From the NCBI RefSeq assembly GCF_001194135.2, contig NC_068982.1, positions 93,719,171 through 93,783,170 on the forward strand: a DNA stretch of 64,000 bases, in the 5' to 3' direction. Shown here in pieces: positions 40,706 through 53,750 of the stretch; within the stretch, counting starts at the first letter, position 1; every line of letters begins with the position of its first letter. The stretch is from Octopus bimaculoides (taxonomy: Eukaryota). The position numbers were made by a program, and so were the translations under genes. The notes under the pieces were generated by a model, which did not search any database, was not told the origin of the DNA, and saw only the letters and a program-made list of their open reading frames with translations.

Positions 40706-43700
40706 TGGGTCATCCCATAAATATTGCAGTTTTTTTATACTACTTCTATTTTTCGAAATTAAGATAAACAAAATTCTTTTCAAATCTAAAATATACTCTC
40801 CTTCATTTTCTACAATACTCTTTCATCTTTCTGGTAGACTTGCAAGGTCCCTCTTCCAAAATTCACTTGTCCATGATGAAAAATACTACTCCAGTACTGC
40901 TCTGATCTCATCTACAGAATTCATATTTTTTCTGTCCAAATGATTTTGAAGACTATAGAATAAATGATAATCAGATGGAGCAATGTCCAGTGAATATGGT
41001 GGGTGGGGCATTGTTTTCCCATCTTAATCCAGCCTTTGGAATGTCATCCTCGCTGTATGTGGTCAAGCATTATCCTGGTGGAAGAACACCTCTCGTCTTG
41101 AAATCAAAGATGGTCGTTTTTCTTCTAGTGCTGACTTGGACTGGTTGAATGACTAAATCCAAGCTTCTCTGCTAGTTTCTCAACAGTTACAATGGGATTT
41201 GTTCCATCAGGGTTTGCAGGATGTCCCTGTTAAGCTCTCCAGATCTTTCAGGATGAGGCTCATCTACTAGGCTGTAATTTCCAGCTCTGAATTTCTGAAA
41301 CCACCATTGACATTAGTTTACACTTATCTTCTGATCCTCATATACTGCATTAATATTCCTTGCACTTTCCATTGCGTTGTTGGCTTTACTGAACTCCTAA
41401 AGCAAAATATGCCAAACATGCTCCTTTATCACTTTATAGCTTTGGAAAAATAACTATCAAAATCGAACTGCACTCTTCAAAACTTGCGCTAAGAATAAGG
41501 ACAAAGTAAAATTACTACCTTCTCTTATACCAAGTTTATGCAATTAAAAAAAATGGGATGACAATATAAAGGCTAGTGATTTTACTGGATATGTAATAGT
41601 ATAAATAGTTTAAAATTTCTGAATAAAAATACCTTTCATGATGTCCACAAATTTTCAAATATTTTCAAAGGGCACCACCAGTTATATTGGATCAGTTAGT
41701 TGTGATTTAGGCTTTTTAAATGCATTAATTACTCCCAAGATAGATTGATGTATTTTGACTGATCTGATTGTCGGTAGCTTATATTGTAAAGACTGCTTTT
41801 AGTATTACTTATCACATATATTTTCCATTTTGATAGATATCTTATCAGCACCAGTGCCAATATAGCTGCTGTTAACAATGATGGCGATCTTCCTCTTGAT
41901 ATATGTGAAGAAAACAAAATGGAAAAGTTGCTTCTAGAAGAAATGAATCGCCAAGGTAAGTTTACATTTTTGATGTATGAGTACATTCTGATTTGATACT
42001 TCGTAGCATAACCATTATTCAGTTCCACTTCAACCAATCTCTTCTTGTTGTTTTCAATCAATGACTTGCATCTTCCAACCTAAGGAACAAACTGCACACA
42101 ATTTCCAAGCATCCAACAATGATGTTCCTACACTATATGGGTTATGCAAAGACCATCAACCCTACGTAAACTTTGTCATAGGGCCCCCAACCCGACCAGT
42201 TTGCAGAGCGAATATCTCCAGCCATTATAAACTATCCTATTTCCTCTCATAGTAATGTCCCTAGATGTTTGTGTGAGCATGGAGGATCTCCTCAGTAAAA
42301 TCAGTACTTGCAACCACTCCAACGACCTCACAGGTTGTGTAGTGGGTAGTATGGATGTGATTTCACTCTACCCATCTATAGACATAGATTTTGCTGTGGA
42401 GAAATGCATTGAGATAATCTGTGAGAGTGAAGTAGAGTTCTGTGCAGTCAACATGAGGGACTAAGCTATGACTGACTATTTAGATGACAATGACCTCGGT
42501 AGATTCTGCACCACCAGGGCACAGAGGAGAAGACCACCCACCATCACCTAAGCAGTGAAGAAAAGCACTGCAGAGCACTGGAGTGGTTGGACCATACCCA
42601 CCCAAGACCCTGAGAACAACAATCAGGTGAAAGGAATGATTGCACATACAATAGGGGCTAGCATATGAGCCACCTTGAAGAACCACATAGTAAAGTTTAA
42701 CAAGAAACTATATATGCAGGTTGAAGGTGCAGCCATTGGTGTTGATGTAGCTGGAGATGTGGCCAGCCTCTTCATGACCTGGTGGGACAGAGAACTTAAG
42801 CAATCCTTATCAGAACAGTCCACAACTCTTCTACTTTTTCAGTAGGTATGTAGATGACATTAATATCCTAGTTAAGACCAACTCTAGTAACGGTAATGTA
42901 GTTTCACTCTTATTTCATGATCAACATATTTGTAGCAGGAACTCAAACCTGCAATAACAAACATCATCCAACCAATGACAGCATGGAAAAAAGGGTGTAA
43001 AATAGTAAAAGTGTTTGTCACTCAACTTGGGCCACCTGCAAATCTTTGTCAATTGAACTTTTATGGTGATATGATCTTCATGAGATCTCTACCTTTTGAA
43101 AATGCAACCCTTGTAAAATATATGTAATGGTCAACCTTATTCCAAAAGACCTGTCCTCCACAGCAGAAGTGTTAAGGCAGCGTCTCCTGTTTAAGAGGAT
43201 TGGCTTGCAAGAGTCCTGTGTCAGTGCCATGTACAAAGCACTCATACTGGTGCCACATAAAAGCAGCTGTTTCGCTGGCATGTTAAGTGCTCAGCACACT
43301 GTAAAGTGGTTGGTGTTAGGAAGGGCATCCAACCATAGAAACCAAGTCAAATCAATCTGGAACCTGGTGCAGCTTCCTAGCTCTGGTCAAACTGTCCAAT
43401 CTTTGCCAGCATGGAAAACAGATATTAAAGGAGGATGATGACGATTTTGATGCACATAGGCGTTTGAAATTTCCATGTCCCTTTGACATACTCCTCTATC
43501 AGATTCTATTATTTCATGCCAGCATTTTCTTCAGAATGAAAAATACCAAATCATTGACTTGATTTTTAAGAATTTACCTCTACAACACAATTATATACAT
43601 TTCTGTAAGTCTTTCTAAATAAATTTTGATTAATTATTTTCATTTATTTAAGGTGTGGATGCTGAAGCAGCACGACGAGAAGAGGAAGAAATGATGCTTT

Positions 43701-46700
43701 CTGATGCTAACCAATGGTTAAATTCCAATTGTGTGACAGAGCGGCCTCATGCAAAAACAGGTGCTGTTGCTCTTCATGTAGCAGCAGCAAAGGGCTATAT
43801 CAAAGTTATGCAGTAAGTTCATACTTAATGATTACCTGATAATTGGTTAGTAGTTTCGGTGTACCATCTAAGTAATTAAATCATATTTGTGAAAATTAAA
43901 TCAATATATTTGTGAAAATCTAAGCAAAAATTGATGTATTACATCTTTACTTGCCAAAGCTTTTCCATCGACCCCTTTTAATATGCTTATCCATATGTAT
44001 GTGTGTATATATTTTATATCACTGGTGGCACCCCAGCATTGCCACAGCCTCAAGGCTGAAACACATAAAAGAATATATATATATATATATGGGGGGGGGG
44101 GGGCTCTGAAAGGTGTCTCAAGGAGTAGTGTCCCTACTTCCTGAGCTAGTTTTCTACCACATTTCTTAAAAATTGTGGTAGAGGCCTTGGTCTTGGTACC
44201 ACTCCTGTCTAGAAACTGAGGTTGGGGGTAAGCAAGGGCATGCTCCCGGAGAAAATCCAGCTCTAAAAAAGCCTCATGATAGCAAGGGAGAATGGGCACC
44301 AGCTCATCCAAAGGTTGGGGTGGGCTGCACCTGTCTGCTTCAGTTGCTATGGCATTGAGGTTGATCTGGCCACCCCCGTTAACAAAGACAAAACTCAGAT
44401 TTAAAATACTGAATGATGATGTTTTGAATGTAGTTCATGGACCCTCTGTACTACCTTTGCAGACCACTAGGAGTCCGTGAACCACAGGTTGGGGACCATT
44501 GCTGTAGAGGAATGCAGTTTTGACAGTGCTTGTATCTTTTTAATGGGCTAGTCATTAAAAGTGAGGCAATGTCCATAGCCTTTGCAAGATTTCCTAGATT
44601 AATAAGATTAATGCGATTCAGAATATCTGAAGAGTGATGTCTGTAGGAAAAGTGGGAGTGAGTGGATTCCAGAAAATTATAGTTCTGAGGAAGAGGAATT
44701 GACAGAAGTGTTTAGTGCTGGACTGGGTAGGTGATAGACATACAGCAGGGTTGACAAAAGAGATGAGTAGGAATGGGTATATCAAGTATGCTGCTATTTA
44801 GTTCAAAGGAACAGATACTGTTGGTGAGTAAAAATTTCCTGTTGATCTGATGACTTCTTTTTGACATGGTCTAAGTTTGTGTGTGCAGCAGTAGTAACTT
44901 TCAAAGTGAAGTTTCACACCTGATCTTGGCTATGTTTTTTGAATCTGGACAGGACACAGCTTTTGTATTGGTATATATATGTGAAATAGAGATTGTAAAA
45001 CATGACAACTGATGGATTTTAAAGTTTAAATTTTCAGTTGTCAATGTGAGACATAATGCTTTAATGTGTCTTTGTGCAGTTGAGACTGGATTGTTATGTC
45101 TTTAGTAAAGTTTTTGTTTTAAAAGTCTCTGCTCATGGAGACATCTAAATTGAAATCTGGAAGTAGAAAACAGTGATATTGCCTGCATAGGAATGTTGTC
45201 AGAAGTGAAAGTGGGTTGTTCTTGTGCAGAATTAAGAGTGTAGGAGACACAAATTAAACTTAGGAGCACATAAAAGTTGGCAGTGTACGAGTTGGAGAGA
45301 GCTCTGTCAATATGAGCTGTAATAATACAGTCTGGCAAGAAGCTTCCAATTCAAGTTTGGATACACTCCATGTGTGCAGCTTGGTTAGAAGTTTCTCTTA
45401 TTGGATGAGCTTCAGGTACTGCTGATGTCATATTCACTGACCTTGCTTTTACTGGAATTATCAAGAGTAAGTGACATAAAAAGAGTAGGTGCCCAGTAGA
45501 TAATGTCTGTGTGGATGATGTAATGATCAATAAGCAAGAAAAGATTTTTAGAAGGATGAAAGAAGTAATTGGTAATTTCAAAGCACACTAAAGCTCTTCT
45601 CATGAGAAGGGAATTGATTTCTACGTTGAGAAATTTTGAAAAGGTTGGCAAAAATAGTGGCTACTTCTGGAGTATCTTGTTTAAATTTAAAGGTACTGGA
45701 AGAGGCATTATTAGAATCAGTTACTACACTAAGTTGCAAAGATTGGAGGTATTTTTACCCTTGGTGACTGAGTGTATCTAGTGACAAGGCTGGCAGAGGA
45801 ATACTTCGGAGGAGTTTTACTGCATGTATTGTGGAATTGGAAGTAAAATGGATTGTGTATATAGAGGCCTTTGCAGAAGGCCTCTATATAGTTGCTTACA
45901 GAACTATGTTATAAGTAGAACTATAAGTTATAAGCATTATAGTTGCTTACAAACCTATAATGATTGAGGAATGGTAGTTAAGAGAATTACTCAGTTGGTT
46001 GAGACCTTACTGAGGAACATGTCCTGACATTAATTTAGAAGGTGGGAGGGCTTAGCAGAACAATGTTGTGATGTTCTGAAGCTTTTTATTTTTTGATGCA
46101 GTTCTTTTTTTCTTTTGATAATCTACATGATTATTTTTAATTGTAGTTTATTAATCCAAGCAAAAGCTAATGTAAACATCAAAGACTCAGATGGTTGGAC
46201 TCCTCTTCATGCAGCAGCTCACTGGGGCCAGGAAAAAGCTTGCAAAATATTAGCTGACAATTTCTGTGATATGGACTCAAAAAACAATGCAGTAAGCCCT
46301 TTTTTATCTGGTTTACAGACCTTTTTATTGTTTCCTTATTCTCTTGCTTCACCTCATTCTGACATATGTTATAGCAGAGTCTTCTAGTCCCTTATCCTCT
46401 CTCTGAACCACCATTGTTTGAACCGTTTGTAAAGAATTGTTTCTTAACATATTGAACATCCTCATGCGCTTTTCTCTCTCTGATTGCAATACAATATATG
46501 ATGATAAAAAAGTCATAGAATTTCCTATTTTAACTTTTTATCAGTATTTATTTCATTGGCTTACTAATGGCTATTATTTAGTTCAAATCTTTCCACACTT
46601 GATTATGGAGTGTGTGTGATGCTTGTCAGTAATGAGTGACCTGAATTAGTGCAGCTGATTGCCAGTACATAAGTAAGGTATAGAAAGGTAGTGAGTATTG

Positions 46701-49700
46701 AACACACAGATTTCACTTGTCATTAGTACAGCAGCATAGTACAGGAAATAGGAGTGAAATGAGAATGGGGTGGCAGTATATGAAGACTTAAAAGGATCAA
46801 TGGGTAGGAGATCCAAACGTAGGTGTTTTATTTATGCTACCTTCTACCACCACCACACATATAAATGAGCATGTGTATATCACTGAAAGACTCTGAAATG
46901 GTGTGTACTTGAGGAAAAGGGATTTGATTTTCAAAATCTGACTCTCAAAGAAAACGCTTATGGTTAATAGTAATCAAAAATTTTAATTTGATACTAGAAA
47001 TAACTCACCTTTTAGATTGCCAGATCTACTTCTCTCTATCTGTTCTTTCTCTTTCTGTCTTTTATGCTCACCCCTCTCTCTATATATATTTACTACACTC
47101 TCTCACTCTCTCTCTCTATATATATATATATCGTACCTGCAGCCCCCTCTTCCTCTCTTGATATGACATGTGATTGCTTTCATTTTGTTTAAAACTTTAT
47201 TATAATGTTTTGCTTTCATTTTCTGATAACTATCAAGCAGTTCAGATTGGGTAAAAATGATCAAACTTTAAACATCTATAACATTTTTCTGGAGCAAATG
47301 AATCACCAAATCAGATTTAGTATGTAAAATTACATGTATATACCAAATTTGAAGTACTGAAGAACGACCTCAGGACGTTGAACCTTTCAAACTAGATGAC
47401 ATAGGACCAAGATGCCTGGCACCTTGCTGAATTCAGAAAGGCTTGTACTTTGCAGCAGAAATGTTAAGGCAGATCCTTCTGGTGGTGTAAGCACTTGTAG
47501 GGTTGCCACATAAAAGCACCTGTGCAGTGCCATGTAAAAGCACCCAGCACACTCTGTAAAGTGGTTGGTGTTAGGAAGGGTATCCAGCCATAGAAACCAT
47601 GTTGAATCAGACTGGAGCCTGGTGCAGCTCCCCAGCTTGTCAGCTCTGGTGAAACCATCCAACCCATGCCAGCATGGACAACGAACATTAAATGATGAGC
47701 CTAGATGAAGAACTTGCTATTTCAGAAGAGGGAAGGTTGTAGAAAAGGCAGAGACAGAGAGAAGATCCGAAATGTCTTAGATAATTTTAGCTGGTGTGTG
47801 TGTTTATGTTTTACATTATTTGTATATAAATTGTTTGATTATTTAAGATCTGTTTTACTTTCTCTCTCATAAAATTTGATATTTGTTTTCATTATTTCAG
47901 GGGCAAACTGCCTTTGATGTTGCTGATACTGAACTTCTTTCTTTACTTGAAGAACTCAAAAAGAAACAAGCTATGGTAATACAATATCTCTTACTATCAC
48001 TAGGAATTCCCTTATTCTCTATAACCATCTGGAAATCTATTTGCTGAACAGTGTGCATGTTCTTTTGCTCTCTAAAATTGTGTGCGTGTGTGTGTGTGTA
48101 CTCATGTATGTCTTGTCTTCGTATAACTCCATTGTCTGTATATGCATATCTTGTTGTTGTAGGCATTGTGGTTTATTGCTTGCAGCCAGGATAGTTTCCA
48201 TACATATTGTACTTCTTTTTAGATAACATTTGCAATGTTTTCTTGTGATTGAGTCACCCAAAATGTCTCTATTCAATCTACTCACATTTATACTGCCTGA
48301 GTTCAACATTATTTTATTAAACAAATGGAAGATATTTAATGAATATAATTATTCTGTGTGTGAGTGAGTGAGTGTATGCGTGTGTGTGTGTGTGGGGATG
48401 ACTAAGACAGTTAAACCTGAGATTTTAAGTAAAAAAAAAAAATGTTAGAAATGCTTTAACAAAGAATAAGGATAAATGGAAACATTAGTTATTTTGGCAA
48501 AAGATCTGAAGAAATGAGATTTTGGGAAGTAAATTCTTCCATATTGTAACTTATTGATGACTGTTTTTGATCATTAAGCTGTTAAGATGTGATTGTAATA
48601 TTTTCAGCTTGTTATTATAACCACTGAAATGTTAGGTATAGGTGAGGGCAGCATATTGGGGTGAATAAACATCTAATTGATGAAGGGTAGAAAGTCTTGT
48701 TTGTTATATATAGTTTTGCAAGTGTTTATATTGCCACATTAATCAATGCCACCTGGTCTTGTTAGAATGGTTCTCAAGAGTTATGGCATTCAGCAGTAAG
48801 GCAATTCTTATTATGGGAAATCCAAATCCTGTAATGCCTCTTCATTATTTCTTGTCATATTTGCTCATGATCAAAACCACATGATCCAGTGATAGCCTTA
48901 ACCTATAGTAGCATTGCTCTTATGATAGCTTTTGCATTTTAATACTGCCAAGAGCAATTTCACAGGGCACAATGAGTTTTGGTTAGGTTCTGTATTTCTC
49001 CATCATAAGAATTTGTTGGAACAACACCTTAGTTTAAAAAACTACCCATTGACAACAGATAGACAGAAAAGCTGACACTGGATGCCCTAGAAACTGAAAA
49101 AGAAGCAAAGACTGATAACAAACAAGATAAAAGGATGAATTAGTGATTGACACCAAAAGTTGAAATCTATAGAGAGAGATAGTGGGGATGACAGTTACAC
49201 AGCAGTGAGAGAACAATGGCTGATTTGATTGGTTGATTGAAACTACTTATCAATATACATAATTATATTGATTTCTCTATACTGTACTGAGCCAGTTTTA
49301 TAAAGTGTTAGTGTCTAAATTGTCCCTGGTACACTCTTAGCATAGGAATGTACTAGGGGCAATTGGCATGAATCATAAGCAAAAAGAAAATAACTTGTTC
49401 CTGTGATATATGAATATGGAACATGAAGGAAACACCAAATATTGTAAACATCTAACCTTGACTCTAGTTTTTTTTTTTTTTTCCCACTTCTCACACACAA
49501 CAAATGATAACAAGAATATCCTTCACTTTACCACACAATTTTTTTCTGGGTAGGATGGTATGATTAAATAAATTTATCCATTGTATTACTGAAATCCGAT
49601 AATAAAAACATGTTGGTTCTTTTGGTGTTAGTATTTAGGATTGTGTACCACTGAATTAAATACTATAAAATGTATAATTGCTATTTTATCAACTTATGAA

Positions 49701-51233
49701 ATGTTGGATTTTAAGATAGAAATTAAGATATCAAAATAAGTATAGTAAAAAGTTGGTCTTACTTTTATACACCTGTTATATTATTTCCCATTACATACTG
49801 CATTATATGTATATTTTGAGATCTTTTGTTACATTAATTATGGCATTAACTTCATCTTTACCAATATATGATTACCTTTCTGCTTCTAAATGATCATTTT
49901 TTTTTTTATCTTTCTAGCTTCGAGATAAAACACCTGTACACAAAGATATTATTGTTGCTAAAGGAATTCATCCGAAACGAAGGTTAGTTAATTATTGGTT
50001 CTTATACAATATGAACATTTTTACTATATTTTTTTAATATAATTTAAACATTGTTAAAAAAAAATCTCTAAAAATGGTTTACTTATGTGATTTGTAGATT
50101 TTTTTCAAGTATTATACATTCTTTTTGGCAAATCATATCAGTGAACTCTTGCTGTCACCCTTCAGGAGTTAATAAACAAAGTAGCTGTTGAATACTGAAA
50201 TTGATCCCATTCCCCCAACATTTGTAGCCTTGTGTCAATGTCAGTATTCAGTATATCTACAACTTGTTTGCCCTTCTGGGCAAAACTTAGTTTATAAAAT
50301 TTGGTAGAAACAAAGTCTTGTTAAATTTTCTTCAATAATGATTTAAAAATTGGACAGATACAAGCATTCTTGTGCTCGATCTGTAGAAAAGGCGTTGGTA
50401 GAAACTCCATAAGTTGTACCCAGTGTAAGCTATGGACACATAAGAGGTGCAACAATATCAAAGGAAGGCTAACTAGCAAGATAGTTTTTGTATGTGGCAG
50501 ATGCTCAGGAGCAATAAACACTGAAAATGTGCTGTAAACAACCTTTGCCACACTCTAGAGAAAAAAAACTTGAAGTAGTTGATAGCTTCCGCTATTTAGG
50601 TGACCAAGTTTGTAGCGGGGGAGGGTGCGCTGAAAGTGTAGCTGCTAGAGTAAGGATAGCCTGGGCAAAGTTCAGAGAGCTCTTACCTCTGCTGGTGACA
50701 AAGGGCCTCTCACTCAGAGTAAAAGGCAGACTGTATGACGCATGTGTATGAACAGCCATGTTACATGGCAGTGAAACATGGGCCGTGACTGCTGAGGACA
50801 TGCGTAAGCTCACAAGGAATGAAGCCAATATGCTCCGATGGATGTGTAATGTCAGTGTGCATACACGACAGAGTGTAAGTACCTTGAGAGAAAAGTTAGA
50901 CCTAAGAAGCATNNNNNNNNNNNNNNNNNNNNNNNNNNNNNNNNNNNNNNNNNNNNNNNNNNNNNNNNNNNNNNNNNNNNNNNNNNNNNNNNNNNNNNNN
51001 NNNNNNNNNNNNNNNNNNNNNNNNNNNNNNNNNNNNNNNNNNNNNNNNNNNNNNNNNNNNNNNNNNNNNNNNNNNNNNNNNNNNNNNNNNNNNNNNNNNN
51101 NNNNNNNNNNNNNNNNNNNNNNNNNNNNNNNNNNNNNNNNNNNNNNNNNNNNNNNNNNNNNNNNNNNNNNNNNNNNNNNNNNNNNNNNNNNNNNNNNNNN
51201 NNNNNNNNNNNNNNNNNNNNNNNNNNNNNNNNN

Positions 51234-51314
<81 letters not shown>

Positions 51315-53712
51315 ATATATTAGTATATACATATACATAAAAGATCACATATATAAATATATGGAAATATGCATATAAATACATATCCACACAAATATAA
51401 GTGTATACATGCATACATATACATCCATGTACATATGTGTACAAGAATAAACATACATGCTTACTTAAATATATACACATACATACCTACAATACAGGCA
51501 TCCACATAAAAACATATCTAGGTCCTAGCGTGTATATATATATATATATTTAAATATATACATATATACTTATATTTATGTATATGGATGTTCTTCTGTT
51601 CATGGAATTAACTGTGTGACTTGCTTATGTATAGCTAATATTGGACTAATTTTGTATTACTAGAAATTCTAGTGGGTACCTTTGGGCAACCTGTGTGACC
51701 TCTGTGTTCCTCTTTGTTTGCAGGGATCCATGAAACAGAAGTATTTTCAAAATCAAAAGCATGTTAGTGGAAAATTGTTTCCATGTGTGACTTTTCTATG
51801 TTGAAAAAATGTGTAGAAAATTGTTTTCATCAGGTGGTGCTTGTGGATCCCATATTTTATTAGTGCGTGTGATATCATATTATGTTTGAGAAAATGGAGA
51901 TTTCATTTTTTTGTATGTTTGCTACTAGAATTTAAGGTGGCCGTTAGCGATATTGCACTATTTCACAAGCAAGAAACAACTATTTCAAATATAGAAATTG
52001 TCCCCCCTTGAATGTTGGGAAATTTTTCTCTTTTTATTGTTCGCGAATAAGCATTAAAAAAATTTTTTTATTTACAAAACAGGACATCTGTTACACGAAT
52101 GAGTGTAGATCAAAAGCACAATGTTGTCCTACAAACATTAGAACAAGAAAAAGCACAACGTGAGAACTACAGAAAAGATGAGGAAGCCAAAAAGAGTAGT
52201 TCAAGTTCAACAAATGATGACTCCAGTTCCGAGTCAGAGACAGGTATGTTTGCAACTTATTTTCATTTTTTCGAATCTAATTAACAGAGCCTTCTAGTTT
52301 CAAATATTTTATTGAGTAAGAAATAAATTCAAGATTTTGTAGGTATCAGCAAGTTTAGTAACAGTGAAGAACATAAAACCATGGCATTTTGAACTAAGGT
52401 CCTTTGACAGTGATTAAATATATGTAGTGGGTGAGGAGTGAAAAATTAAACTTGATCGACTGAATACCAGGGAAAGGAAAGGAGATGACGAGGGCCCAGA
52501 GTGCTGGTGGGAGCAGAGGAAAGCCAAGCAGCCAATATTGTACAGTGTGGTTTAATCAGCTAGGAAAGTACAGATACTCAGTGACAGAACGAAAGAAACA
52601 AGTGTTTGACGCTAAGAAAATAATGGAGTGTCTCTGAAATGGCGGCAAATACAGTGGGTAGAGTGGGAATAGTTGAAGATGTGTGTTCATACATTAGAAA
52701 TCGTTGTTTACTTGTAGAAAATGACCTCTTGTAGTGGGTTGGTGACTTTACACTTATGGCTGTGTGATCCAGAAGGTTGCAAGTGTTTTCTACTATAGTC
52801 CTGGACTGACCACAGTACCTTGTGAGTGAGTGAATTTGGTGGAAAGGAAACTGAAAGCCCATCATGCATGTGTGTGTGTATGTGGTTCCCCTTCCTGACA
52901 GCTGGTGTTTGTTTGTTTACATTCCCATAACTTTGGCAGAAACAGACCAATAGAATAATTAGCAGAATTGAAAATAAGTACTAGGCACAATTTGTTGGAC
53001 TGAACCCTTTGAAGTAGTGCTCTAGCATGGGCGCAGTCCAATGACTAAACGAAAGATGATTATTATATAGTCAGGTAAGAAAAGTCAGTACTTGTGACTT
53101 TTGTAGACTCTCCCAGACTGGTGAAATTGATGTGGTAGGTTTTCGTCTTCGACAACTTCATGTTGGTGATTGTTGGGAAAATATGAGTTAAGGGAATACT
53201 TTACATTTTTGCAGTTCTGAGGAGAAATGATGAAGGTATGTATACAGTACAGGGTAATGGAAATGTGAGTGGAATGAGAAGGGCAGAGGCTACTTAGTAC
53301 AGTAATAATAAAAATAAAAAATGGCTGAAGCCTTTTAGTGATTGAATGTTTCCCAATCAATCAAATCCTCTTTATTGCTCATTCAGTCTTGGATGGTTTG
53401 CAAGTGTTGTTGAAAAAAAATCTTTGTTAGCATATTGAAAGCAATATTAAAAATAGATAAAAGGTACATTGTCATTGTAAACTTTGATTATAAAATTTCA
53501 CATATCTCACTTGAATGGCATTGTTAATTTAAAAAAAAAAAGAAAAATTTTTATTGGAAAGTTAGGTATAATACTTCTGTCTGCAGTGCTCTCATGAACT
53601 GGATTGAAACTTTGTTTCATGCCTGAAATTGTTTTAAAAAATTTTTTCTTTTTAGAACGTCAGAATGAAATTAACAAGAACACATCCATCCCCCACACGG
53701 TAAGTTTCCACA

Positions 53713-53750
<38 letters not shown>

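Larger units (their letters stand above)
3376..41836 (+). other. 38,461-nt intron of the MYPT gene
   Basis: GTAAGT donor at 3376, TAG acceptor ending at 41836; phase 2 on both sides; no other ankyrin exon seen between them. Confidence 0.9.

Noticed and set aside
42835-42852. AG|GTATGT as a recursive site
   Set aside because: It lies in a short (1.7 kb) intron and coincides with the PLE SRYVDD codons, so it is best explained as incidental
50592-51480. Long ORFs of 152-248 aa in the track (also 15423-15767 and 40315-40943)
   Set aside because: Artefacts of N gaps and dinucleotide microsatellites
51700-51790. Strong acceptor tttgtttgcag|ggatcc as a poison exon
   Set aside because: Immediate in-frame TGA, no convincing donor, and such acceptors are common by chance
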